Positions 54,309 to 62,971 of a DNA stretch of 64,000 nt are shown one piece after another; within the stretch, counting starts at the first letter, position 1; the number at the start of each line of letters is the position of its first letter. The DNA is from Alphaproteobacteria bacterium (lineage in GTDB: Bacteria; Pseudomonadota; Alphaproteobacteria; VGEJ01). Both the position numbers and the translations under genes were made by a program. The notes beneath the pieces were generated by a model. It was given only the letters and a program-made list of their open reading frames with translations, did not search any database and was not told where the DNA came from. The stretch covers positions 423,856 through 487,855 of the forward strand of contig CBDCMV010000003.1 of assembly GCA_965219135.1 (NCBI GenBank). The letters are read 5' to 3'.

Positions 54309-55394
54309 ATGGCCGATTCCAGGGATTACAGCCTCAACGGAGCGGAGACCAAGCGTGCGTTCGACGAGGGGTTGATCTCGGCCGAGTGGTACCGGCCGCC
54401 GATCCCACGCGAGCGGATGAAGCAGCTGATGAAGCGCAGCGACTTTCCGGCGCTCTGGCACATCCTGCTGTGGTTCTCGCTGATCATCGGTGCGGGCGTC
54501 GTCGCCTTTCTCCTCTGGCCCTCGTGGTGGGCGGTGCCGGCGTTCTGGGTCTACTCGACCCTCGTGGTCGGCTCCGCGGATGCCCGCTGGCACGAGAGCG
54601 GTCACCGCACCGCGTTCAAGACCGAGTGGCTGAACGACGTCATCTACCACTACGCGGCGTTCATGCTGCTGCGTGAGCCGGGGACTTGGCGCTGGAGTCA
54701 TACCCGGCACCACACCGACTCGCTCATCGTCGGCCGCGACGTCGAGATCCTGACCCATCGGCCGCCGAGCTTCGGGAAGCTGTTCCTGCTCGTGTTCAAC
54801 CTCCTGCAGCTGGACCCCAGGGGCGGGCCGGGGACGCTGCGGAACACCTTTACCCATGCGCTCGGCATCAAGACCTTCCCCGAGAGCGACTTCGTTCCCG
54901 ATACCGAGTGGCCGAAGGTGTTCTTCGCGGCAAGGATATGGGTGCTTCTGTGGGCGGCGGTCGTTGCCCTGGCCATCATCTTCGAGACGGTCCTGCCCCT
55001 CCTCTACATCGGGCTGCCCTATTTCGTCGGCTTCTGGTTGATCCCTTTCTTCGCCATCACCCAGCACTCGGCGATGGGCGAGGACGTTCTCGACCACCGG
55101 CTCAACACGCGCACGGTCTACATGAATCCGGTGTTCCGGTTCCTCTACCTCAACATGAACTATCACATCGAGCACCACATCTGGCCGATGGTGCCCTATC
55201 ACGCGCTGCCCAAGCTGCACGAGGAGGTCAAGGCGTACATGCCCCCGCCATTCACGACCACCTGGTCGGCGTGGAGGGTGTTCATTCCCGCGCTGATTCG
55301 CCAGCGCCGCGAGCCCGGCTGGTGGTTGCGCCAGGAGCTGCCCGAGGATACGCGCGAGGAGCCGGCCGCGGCCGAGACGGTGCCAGCCACCTGA
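54309..55394 (+). CDS. fatty acid desaturase family membrane protein
   Basis: Three histidine boxes: HESGH, HTRHH, HIEHH. Confidence 0.88.
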   Translation: MADSRDYSLNGAETKRAFDEGLISAEWYRPPIPRERMKQLMKRSDFPALWHILLWFSLIIGAGVVAFLLWPSWWAVPAFWVYSTLVVGSADARWHESGHRTAFKTEWLNDVIYHYAAFMLLREPGTWRWSHTRHHTDSLIVGRDVEILTHRPPSFGKLFLLVFNLLQLDPRGGPGTLRNTFTHALGIKTFPESDFVPDTEWPKVFFAARIWVLLWAAVVALAIIFETVLPLLYIGLPYFVGFWLIPFFAITQHSAMGEDVLDHRLNTRTVYMNPVFRFLYLNMNYHIEHHIWPMVPYHALPKLHEEVKAYMPPPFTTTWSAWRVFIPALIRQRREPGWWLRQELPEDTREEPAAAETVPAT

Positions 55395-55538
55395 GACCTG
55401 CTCACTCGCGAGACGGTGGTCGAGAAACGGCCGCTCCTGTGGCGTTGCCCCATGGCGCGTTCCGCGGGTCCGGGGTTCGCATCCCGAGCGCCCAGCACGA
55501 CAAGGTCCAGGGAAGCAGGCCAATCACGAGGAGGAACC

Positions 55539-56333
55539 ATGCAAACGGCCCGCAAGACCGTCGCCGACATGCGCGCTCTCAAGGGCAAGCGGCAGCTTTC
55601 CATGCTTGCCCCGGACAACCTCGACGAGGCGCGGGCGGCGAGCGCCACCGGCATCGACATGCTCTCGATCTCCGAGGAGTTCTGGACACCCGAGATGCGC
55701 GAGGCCGCCGGGTGTTGCTTCGTGCAGGTCGCCTTGATCTACGGCCAGCGCTGCACCTACGAAGACAACATCCGGGCGGCGCACGCGATGGTCCAGCTTG
55801 GCGCCGATTCCGTCTATTGCGCAGCGAGTCTTGAGATCATCCGCAGGCTGGCCGCCGAAGGCATCCCGGTGGGGAGCCATGTCGGGCTGATTCCGTCGAA
55901 ATGCACCTGGACGGGCGGGTTCGTCGCCGTCGGCAAGACCGCCGACACCGCCATGATGGTGTATGAACAGACCAAGGCGCTGGAGGAGGCCGGCGCGTTT
56001 TCCGCCGAGATCGAGGTGGTGCCCGATCGGGTCGCGGCGGAGATCACCAATCGCACCTCGTTGGTGATGCTTTCGATGGGCGCCGGATCCGGCTGCGACG
56101 CCCACTATCTCTTCGCCGAGGACGTGCTGGGCTATACCCGCGTGCATCGGCCGCGCCACGCCAAGGTCTACCACGACTTTCAAGCCGAGTACGACCGGCT
56201 GCAAAAGGAGCGCATCGCTGCCTTCAAGGAATACGCGGTCGATGTCGACTCGGGCGCCTATCCCCAACCGCAGCACATCGTGCCGATCGCCGACGACGAG
56301 TTCGAGGCGTTCATGGGCAGACTGCCCACGTAA
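55539..56333 (+). CDS. 3-methyl-2-oxobutanoate hydroxymethyltransferase (PanB)-like protein
   Basis: SD GAGGAGGA plus ATG at 55539 (MQTARKTVADMRALKGKRQLSML..). The overall layout is PanB-family, but divergent. Confidence 0.65.
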   Translation: MQTARKTVADMRALKGKRQLSMLAPDNLDEARAASATGIDMLSISEEFWTPEMREAAGCCFVQVALIYGQRCTYEDNIRAAHAMVQLGADSVYCAASLEIIRRLAAEGIPVGSHVGLIPSKCTWTGGFVAVGKTADTAMMVYEQTKALEEAGAFSAEIEVVPDRVAAEITNRTSLVMLSMGAGSGCDAHYLFAEDVLGYTRVHRPRHAKVYHDFQAEYDRLQKERIAAFKEYAVDVDSGAYPQPQHIVPIADDEFEAFMGRLPT

Positions 56334-56480
56334 CAAATCCGAGTGCTTCCGCGCAGCCGCCTAGTGATTGCGCCGTGTCTTGATTTGCGGCCGATTGAGC
56401 GGGCGCGGCGATCGCTTGACTTCGGGAAGGGGCGGCTGCAACACTCATGATCTCTGAACAATACCGCTAGGGAGGACACG

Positions 56481-57452
56481 ATGAACACAGTACGAACCGT
56501 TCTTGCGGCTCTGGCGGCGGGATTGGCCCTGATGGTGGTCACTTTCTCCGCTCAAGCCCAAATCAAGGACCCCAACGAGACGCTGCGGGTCACCTTCATC
56601 ATTCACTGCTGCGAGGGCAACGCCTTCTGGGAGCCCTTGCTCCATGGTGCCCGCGAGGCGGCCGAGCTTCACAACGTCGACATCGACTTCCAGAACGCCG
56701 ACAACGACGCCGAACGCAACCGGAACCTCATCATTACGGCGATCGCCAACAAGGTGGACGGGATCGTGGCGATGGATCCGGTCGAGGGTGCGTTGACCGA
56801 TGCTATCCAACAGGCACGCGATGCTGGCATCTCGGTCATGACCTCGAACGTAGACGATCCGCAAGGAGGCGGAACCGGCGGAACCGCGCGCATCGCCTAT
56901 GTTGGGGCGAAGCCCTTCAACCAGGCCTACCTGATGGCGAAGACCCTGATCGACAAGTACGGGCTCGGCGAAGGGGATCATTGCCTGGTTCCGGCGCACG
57001 ATCCTTCGTTGCATCACATCGAGCAGCGGATTCTCGGGGTGAACAAGGCGCTGGACGAGCACGGCATTACCTCGGATCCGCTCCACGTCGGATTGATCAT
57101 CGATGAGGTGACCAGCTTTATCTCCGAGTATCTGGTGGCCCATCCCGAAACCGACTGCGTCGCCTGCACCGGGTGCCAGGGGACCGTCCCCCAGGCCATC
57201 GAAGAGGCCGGCCTGGATCGGCTGCCCAACGGGGACGTCGACGTGAACCCGCGCGTGATGGCAAACATCAAGGACGGGCTGACCGACGCTGTCGCCGACC
57301 AGCAACCCTTCTGGCAAGGTTTCATGCCGGTCGTGTTCATCGCCTACAACGTCCGCTACGGACTGATCCCTGGCGATATGGACACGAGCGCGGGGTTGGT
57401 CTCTGAGGAGAACGCGATCTACGCCGAGACGTACGCGGTGAAGTACCGCTAG
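56481..57452 (+). CDS. sugar-type ABC substrate-binding protein
   Basis: SD GGGAGGA, a signal peptide, and a periplasmic binding protein fold pattern. Confidence 0.8.
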   Translation: MNTVRTVLAALAAGLALMVVTFSAQAQIKDPNETLRVTFIIHCCEGNAFWEPLLHGAREAAELHNVDIDFQNADNDAERNRNLIITAIANKVDGIVAMDPVEGALTDAIQQARDAGISVMTSNVDDPQGGGTGGTARIAYVGAKPFNQAYLMAKTLIDKYGLGEGDHCLVPAHDPSLHHIEQRILGVNKALDEHGITSDPLHVGLIIDEVTSFISEYLVAHPETDCVACTGCQGTVPQAIEEAGLDRLPNGDVDVNPRVMANIKDGLTDAVADQQPFWQGFMPVVFIAYNVRYGLIPGDMDTSAGLVSEENAIYAETYAVKYR

Positions 57453-57480
57453 CGCCGTTTTCGTATTGTCGACTTTGCTT

Positions 57481-57514
57481 GGCGGCGCGGCCCCGCGCTT
57501 GGGGTCGCGCCGCC
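57481..57514 (+). terminator. GC-rich hairpin after the binding-protein gene
   Basis: GGCGGCGCGGCCCC-GCGCTT-GGGGTCGCGCCGCC (14 bp with one G-T pair), 29 nt after the stop. Confidence 0.55.
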
Positions 57515-57769
57515 GGCTCAGCGCGCCGCCACCACCGTGAAGGCCGCGCGCGTGACCGTGTGGGCCGGGTTGGATCACTTTTCAGGTCCGCAATGGGTCA
57601 TCACCGGAAGTACGTCGGGAGCCGTTCGCAGGTCGGCTTCGCGGCCGATAGCGGACCTCCGTGACCGAAAACGTCCGGTTAGGCCGCGAGCGTGTTGCAA
57701 AACTCTCGTTGTGTATTTGGCCAGAGCGTGATTCTGTCATTGAGGCATGGGCAGTAACGGGTTCGGGCG

Positions 57770-58210
57770 ATGATGGGTCGGCGAGAGCAGGGGCAGGGAG
57801 CGCTTTTCTACGAGTTCAGCCTCGATGAGGTGGTCCCGCCTGATCACCTTGTTCGCAAGATCGACGCGGTTCTCAACCTCGGCTGGGTGCACCAGGAGCT
57901 TGAGCCCTACTACTCTCACACCGGCCGGCCTTCGGTCGCCCCGGAGCTGGCGTTGCGGATGTTGATCGTCGGCTACGTGTTCGCGCTGCGCTCGGAGCGA
58001 CGCCTGTGCGCCGAAGTGCAGGTGAACCTCGCCTATCGCTGGTTCTGCCGCTTGGGTATCGAGGATCGGATCCCCAACCATTCTGTGTTCTCTCGCGCCC
58101 GGCACGAGCGGTTTCGCGAGAGTGAGGCGTTACGTCGGGTGTTTGAACGCGTGGTGGCAGGTGTATCGCGACGGGCCGGGTCGGTGGTGAGGCGTTCTCC
58201 ATCGACGCAA
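57770..58210 (+). pseudogene. transposase of the outer IS, 5' part (also frameshifted)
   Basis: MMGRREQGQGALFYEF..GRPSVAPELALRMLIVGYVF..NLAYRWFCRLG.. The frame slips at about 58157-58165: ..ERVVAG / CIATGRVGGEAFSIDA. Confidence 0.8.
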
Positions 58211-59497
58211 GGGCACCTCTAAGAATTGGTGAGTTGTCGGAGGATATTGTTTAACCAGGCTGTCACCAGCTCCAGCCATGCCGGAGCCGAGATTTTCGGG
58301 GTCTTCCACGCTCCAATTGAGTTATTTCCGCCACAAGACCGTCCCCAGGCGGTCTCCTTCTCCGATTATCGTCACACGGCCGCCGCGAGACGCTCCAGTT
58401 GGACCAGGCGGCGCATGTTGTAGGCGAGGTTCTTCAACCCGATCCGCGCCTTCGCCCGCACCAGCCCGACACTACGCACCAGCGTCCCGCCCATGTCGTT
58501 GCTCTGGGCCCCGAAGACATGCTCGACGCGGACCCGAACCGACGAACGGGTCTTGTTGCCCTGCTTCTCGCGCTCGCTCAGCGGCTTGTTGCGGCGGCCC
58601 TTGCGATGGATCCGGCTCCGCAACCCCTTCTCCTTCAGCACCGCCTCGATCTCCGCCGAGCGGTAAGCGCTGTCCGCCCACACACCCAAAGCCGTGTTGT
58701 CCCCATCCAGGATATCGTCGAGGACTTGGCTGTCGTGCTCCGCCGCGTCGCTCACATGATAGCGCCGCACCAGCTTGTGCCGACGGTCCACGTTGACATG
58801 GTTCTTGTAACCGTAATGGCTCTTGCCGTGCTTCTTAGTCCACCGCGCCTCGACATCCTTTTGGCGCCGCTTTGCCGGCTTGTCCTCCCAGCCTGCCGGC
58901 GTCTCGCCCGCCTTTATCCGCGCGTTCTCCTCGCGGCTGTTGCGCTGTTTGGGTACCGCCACAATCGAGGCGTCGATGATCTGGCCGCCCATCGCCAGAT
59001 AGCCCTGATCCTTCAGGTAGCCATCGAACGTCTCGAATAAGGCCTCGATCACGCCAGCTTGCGTTAACTGTTCGCGGTACAGCCACACCGTCTTGGCGTC
59101 GGGAACCCGGCCCTCCAGACCCAACCCCAGAAATCGCATGAACGACAGGCGGTCACGGATCTGATGCTCAACTTGGTCATCCGAGAGATTGTAGAGCGCG
59201 CACAGAATGATCGTCTTGAACATCACAATCGCATCCCACGGCTTGCGTCCCGCCCGCGATTTACGCGCCTTGTCCGCACACCGCCACACCGCCTCAAGAC
59301 GCGCGCGCAAGTCTTCCCACGGAACCACCCCGTCGATCTTCAAAAGCGGCTCGTTCTTGGCGTCAAGACCGGAATACCGGTTCCCAAGATCGAAAAACCC
59401 CATCTGACCCATCAACCACGCCTCCCGCTATCAACAAATCGGCAACCCGATTCTAAATCGACGACGCCCGAAAAAGGAGAATTCTTAGAGGTGCCCG
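58211..59497 (-). mobile_element. IS5-family (IS5 group) insertion sequence, complete, nested
   Basis: 17-bp perfect terminal inverted repeats GGGCACCTCTAAGAATT. 4-bp direct repeat GCAA at 58207..58210 and 59498..59501. Confidence 0.92.
58372..59415 (-). CDS. IS5-family DDE transposase
   Basis: 347-aa intact ORF (..IIDASIVAVPKQRN.., ..VWADSAYRSAE.., ..RVRVEHVFG..). Confidence 0.92.
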   Translation of the reverse strand: MMGQMGFFDLGNRYSGLDAKNEPLLKIDGVVPWEDLRARLEAVWRCADKARKSRAGRKPWDAIVMFKTIILCALYNLSDDQVEHQIRDRLSFMRFLGLGLEGRVPDAKTVWLYREQLTQAGVIEALFETFDGYLKDQGYLAMGGQIIDASIVAVPKQRNSREENARIKAGETPAGWEDKPAKRRQKDVEARWTKKHGKSHYGYKNHVNVDRRHKLVRRYHVSDAAEHDSQVLDDILDGDNTALGVWADSAYRSAEIEAVLKEKGLRSRIHRKGRRNKPLSEREKQGNKTRSSVRVRVEHVFGAQSNDMGGTLVRSVGLVRAKARIGLKNLAYNMRRLVQLERLAAAV

Positions 59498-59501
59498 CAA
59501 G

Positions 59502-60462
59502 CCTGATCAAAGCCGATGTCGATAAGATGAAGCGCGTGCCGGGCGGCACGCCGAGCGATGGACCGGCCTCGCAAGAAGCGTCCCGCGCCGTGCGCAAGTA
59601 TCTCGCAGCGCTCGATGCGGCGCGCGGCGAAGGCCAGGACGGGGGTGGCGATGGCGATGGTAGCGAGCGCAGCAAAGGCAAGCCGCAGAAGGCGATCTCG
59701 CTGACCGACCCACAGTCAGCGTGGGTCGCCAGGAAGGATGCGAAGCCGTTCTTCGCCTACGACGCGAACTCCCTGATCGATAACAAGCTCGGCATCATCA
59801 TCGACGCCGAGGGCAGCCGCGCCAATCGCACTGACGAGATTGCCGTCGCCGCGAAAATGGTGGAGCGAGTGGAGCGCCGCTTCGGCTTGAGGCCTGAGCG
59901 GATCGCCGGCGATACCGCTTATGGGGCGGCACGGCTCCTGAAGTGGCTGTGGGACCGAGGCATCACCCCGCACGTGCCGGTCTGGGACAGGTCGAGGCCG
60001 CCGGGCGGGCGGTTCACGAAGGAGGACTTCGTCTTCGACCGTGAGCGCAACGTCTACATCTGCCCGGCTGGAGCCGAGCTCACACACTCCGGCATCATTG
60101 ATCAGGGGCGTATCCTGCCCTATCGGGCGAGCAAGAAAGATTGCTCGAGCTGCGCGCTCAAACCCAAATGCACGACGGCGGTCGCACGAAAGGTCTCCCG
60201 CGACATCGATGAAGACGTGCGTGACCACATCCGCGCACTCGCCAACACAGAGGCCTTCCAGCTCTCGCGCCGCGAACGCAAGAAGGTGGAGGTGAAGTTC
60301 GCCCATATGAAGGGCATCCACCAGCTCGACCGACTGCGCCTGCGTGGGCTCAATGGCGCGAAAGACGAGGTGCTGCTCACCGCAACGGCCCAGAACCTGA
60401 GATCGCTCGCGAAGCTACTCTTCAAGGCCCCGCCAAGACCCGCAATCGAGTGTGTTACGTAG
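59502..60462 (+). pseudogene. transposase of the outer IS, 3' part
   Basis: ..LIKADVDKMKRV..IIIDAEGSRAN..IAGDTAYGAA..YICPAG..CSSCALKPKCT..KVEVKFAHMK.. Confidence 0.8.
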
Positions 60463-60659
60463 GCGGCATGCCGGCTCGCACCCCCTCTCACCCAACCCGG
60501 CCAGTGCCGAAATCCGGCACCACGAGCCAGATCATAAGCCGGAAATCGCCGACGAGTTTTGCAACACGCTCGCCCAGAGAGCGGACGTGCCCCGACGGGG
60601 TCCTAAACAGCCGCTGATAGCCAGAAGCGGACACCCCATCGGCAGAAATATGACGAGCG

Positions 60660-61532
60660 CTAGAAGTTAGTCCTCAATGGCGGTTGCGGCTTCGCACGCT
60701 GGCCGATCGCCATTTCGCGGCGCGTAATGTAGACGCCGGCCGTCGCGACGATGGCGGCGCCGATCCAGACCGCCGGCTCGGGTGCCTCCCGCCACAGTAT
60801 CCAGCCGAAGACGGAGGCCCAGATCAGCGCGCTGTAATCGAACGGGGCGACGACGGCAGCCGGCGCATTTCGAAAGGCGACCACCAAGAGGTAGGCGCCG
60901 CTCCCGCCCGCGATGCCGACCAACACAAAGAGCGCCAGGTCGCCGCTGGAGGGCGTCTGCCAAGCGAGACCCGCGAACGGCAGGCTCGCAAGGCTCACGA
61001 TCACCGTGGTGTGGGTCACCAGGGCGACGTCGGTTTCGGTCCTTGTCAGCCGTCGCGTGAGCAGCATGGCGAGCGCGGCGATAAACGCCGAGGTCAGGAC
61101 CAAGAGGGCTTCCGGGCGGAAGGCCTCGGTGCCGGGCCGCACCATGATAAGCGCGCCCATGAACCCAATGATGACCGCGGCCCACCGCCGCACGCCGACG
61201 GCCTCGCCCAAGAGCGGGCCCGAAAGCGCGGTGATGAAAAGCGGTAAGGTGAACGTGACCGCAATCGCCTCGGCCAGCGGCAGGCCGCGCAAGGCCGTGA
61301 AGAACAAAAGCATGCTCGCAAACAACAGACCGCCGCGAAGCGCGTGTGCGAACGGGCGCCGCGTCCGTAGCGCCGCAAAGCCGCCACTCCGCCAGACGAA
61401 CACGGCGACGGGGATCAGCCCGAAGAAATGCTGGAAGAAGACGATCTGAACCGGCGCATAGGACTGGCCGAGCCACTTGGCCGTGGCGTCCACGATAGCG
61501 AAAAGGAATACGCCCGCCACCATGCTCACCAT
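60660..61532 (-). CDS. DMT (EamA-like) family transporter
   Basis: ORF 60660..61688; probable ATG at 61532 (MVSMVAGVFLFAIVDATAKW..). The upstream extension is Arg/Ala-rich. Confidence 0.78.
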   Translation of the reverse strand: MVSMVAGVFLFAIVDATAKWLGQSYAPVQIVFFQHFFGLIPVAVFVWRSGGFAALRTRRPFAHALRGGLLFASMLLFFTALRGLPLAEAIAVTFTLPLFITALSGPLLGEAVGVRRWAAVIIGFMGALIMVRPGTEAFRPEALLVLTSAFIAALAMLLTRRLTRTETDVALVTHTTVIVSLASLPFAGLAWQTPSSGDLALFVLVGIAGGSGAYLLVVAFRNAPAAVVAPFDYSALIWASVFGWILWREAPEPAVWIGAAIVATAGVYITRREMAIGQRAKPQPPLRTNF

Positions 61533-61962
61533 CCCGAGTCCGATTCGATCGGCGGCCGCGGGCGCCGATGCAGGCGCGGCCCTCACAAGGGCGGCCTGGG
61601 GCAAAGGAACTCGGTCACGGTCTCTCTTTCCACCCACTCCCTCGGAGGCTGCCGTGCGGGGCCAAGACGTGACTCCTAGCACTTTCATTCGCCGCTACAT
61701 AGCGCCGAAGCATAGCTCGATGAAGTCCGCTAATAGCTAGAAGCAGAGATTAATCGGCCTGGGTCGGAACGTCCGCTATTAGCCGACAGCGGACTTTCAC
61801 AAATGCCTCACAACCGGTTTGCAGCAGCCACGGCCACCGGCTGACGTATTTTCTGATTGCTACGGAAGCGAAGCCGTGGTGATTCTAGCCGGTCCGACGA
61901 GGTCTGTCTGCCGCAGCGCGGGCGGTGATCGCAGATGACGACGGCGGGCGGGGAATCTCTAA

Positions 61963-62868
61963 ATGCACAATGCCGTCCTCTATGGCACCGCCGTCATGTC
62001 CTGGGGCCTGACGGCATTCGCGATCAAACTCCAGCTCGCTATCGTTGAGCCCGAGATGGGGGTCGCCTACCGTTTCGGGCTGGGTGCCGTTCTCCTTCTC
62101 CTCTGGTGCCTGTGGCGCCGGCGGTCGCTCAGGTTCAGCTTGCGCCAGCATCTGTTTATCGCCCTTCAAGGCGTGCTGCTGTTTTCGTTCACCGATATCG
62201 CGGTCTACAACGCTATCGCGCGCGTGACCTCGGGACTGGTGCCGCTGGTCTTCTCGCTTCTACCCATAGCCACCATTCTTATCGGTGCCCCTTTGATCGG
62301 CCTGCGGGTCCGCCCGCGCGTCGTCGTCGCTGCCGTCGTGGGGCTGACCGGCATCGCAATGGTGTTCTCCCCCGAGCTCGATGGCTTCGATCTCTCGAGT
62401 GCCGGCCTGGTCGGTCTGGGTCTGGCCCTTGCAGGCGTGCTCTCGCAGGCGCTCGGCAACATCACCGCTGCGCGAAACTTCGGCGCCGGCCTGCCGGTGC
62501 TGGAGACCACGGCGATTGGCATGGTCTACGGCGCGGGCTGCTCCTTCGGCATCTCGCTGGCACTCGGCGGCACGCCGACTTGGGATTTCTCGGTGACTTT
62601 CATCGGCGGCTTTCTCTGGGTCGCCGTGTTAGGAACCGCGGTCGCGTTCATGTGCTACCTCATTCTGCTCGACCGCATCGGCCCCGACAGGGTCGCCTAC
62701 ATCGTCCTCCTGGTTCCGGTCGTCTCGCTCACCATTTCGAGCGTTTTCGAGGATTACGAGTGGACCGCGGTCTCGCTCGTGGGCGCCGCCGTAGTTCTGG
62801 CCGGCAGCGTCGTGGCGCTCGGCAAGACGGGGCGGGCTGAGCCGGTGGGGGCAACGCGGAAGCCTTGA
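61963..62868 (+). CDS. DMT (EamA-like) family transporter
   Basis: 301-aa hydrophobic ORF, divergent from 60660..61532. Confidence 0.8.
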   Translation: MHNAVLYGTAVMSWGLTAFAIKLQLAIVEPEMGVAYRFGLGAVLLLLWCLWRRRSLRFSLRQHLFIALQGVLLFSFTDIAVYNAIARVTSGLVPLVFSLLPIATILIGAPLIGLRVRPRVVVAAVVGLTGIAMVFSPELDGFDLSSAGLVGLGLALAGVLSQALGNITAARNFGAGLPVLETTAIGMVYGAGCSFGISLALGGTPTWDFSVTFIGGFLWVAVLGTAVAFMCYLILLDRIGPDRVAYIVLLVPVVSLTISSVFEDYEWTAVSLVGAAVVLAGSVVALGKTGRAEPVGATRKP

Positions 62869-62971
62869 CCGTGTCAGGTCCGAGCGGCTTGCCGAGGAGG
62901 CCGGCTTCGATGCCGAGATTTTAGATCTTCCGCAGCCCCGCCCGCTGATCCGCCACCGATCATGCAGCGCC

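Larger units (their letters stand above)
57686..60573 (+). mobile_element. second IS1182-like element, interrupted by an IS5
   Basis: 20-bp terminal inverted repeats GCGAGCGTGTTGCAAAACTC (57686..57705) and the reverse complement at 60554..60573. It is about 1.6 kb once the nested IS5 is removed. Confidence 0.8.

Noticed and set aside
56416-56445. TTGACT hexamer upstream of the 56481 binding-protein gene as a -35 box
   Set aside because: No acceptable -10 hexamer lies at 16-19 nt spacing, so a promoter call cannot be supported from sequence alone.
57640-60640. Recurring GATAGCGGAC / AGCGGAC strings near IS boundaries (57645, 60578, 60625, 61789, and inside the IS1182 end)
   Set aside because: These are short GC-rich words that could recur by chance in a sequence of this composition. 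I could not compute enrichment.
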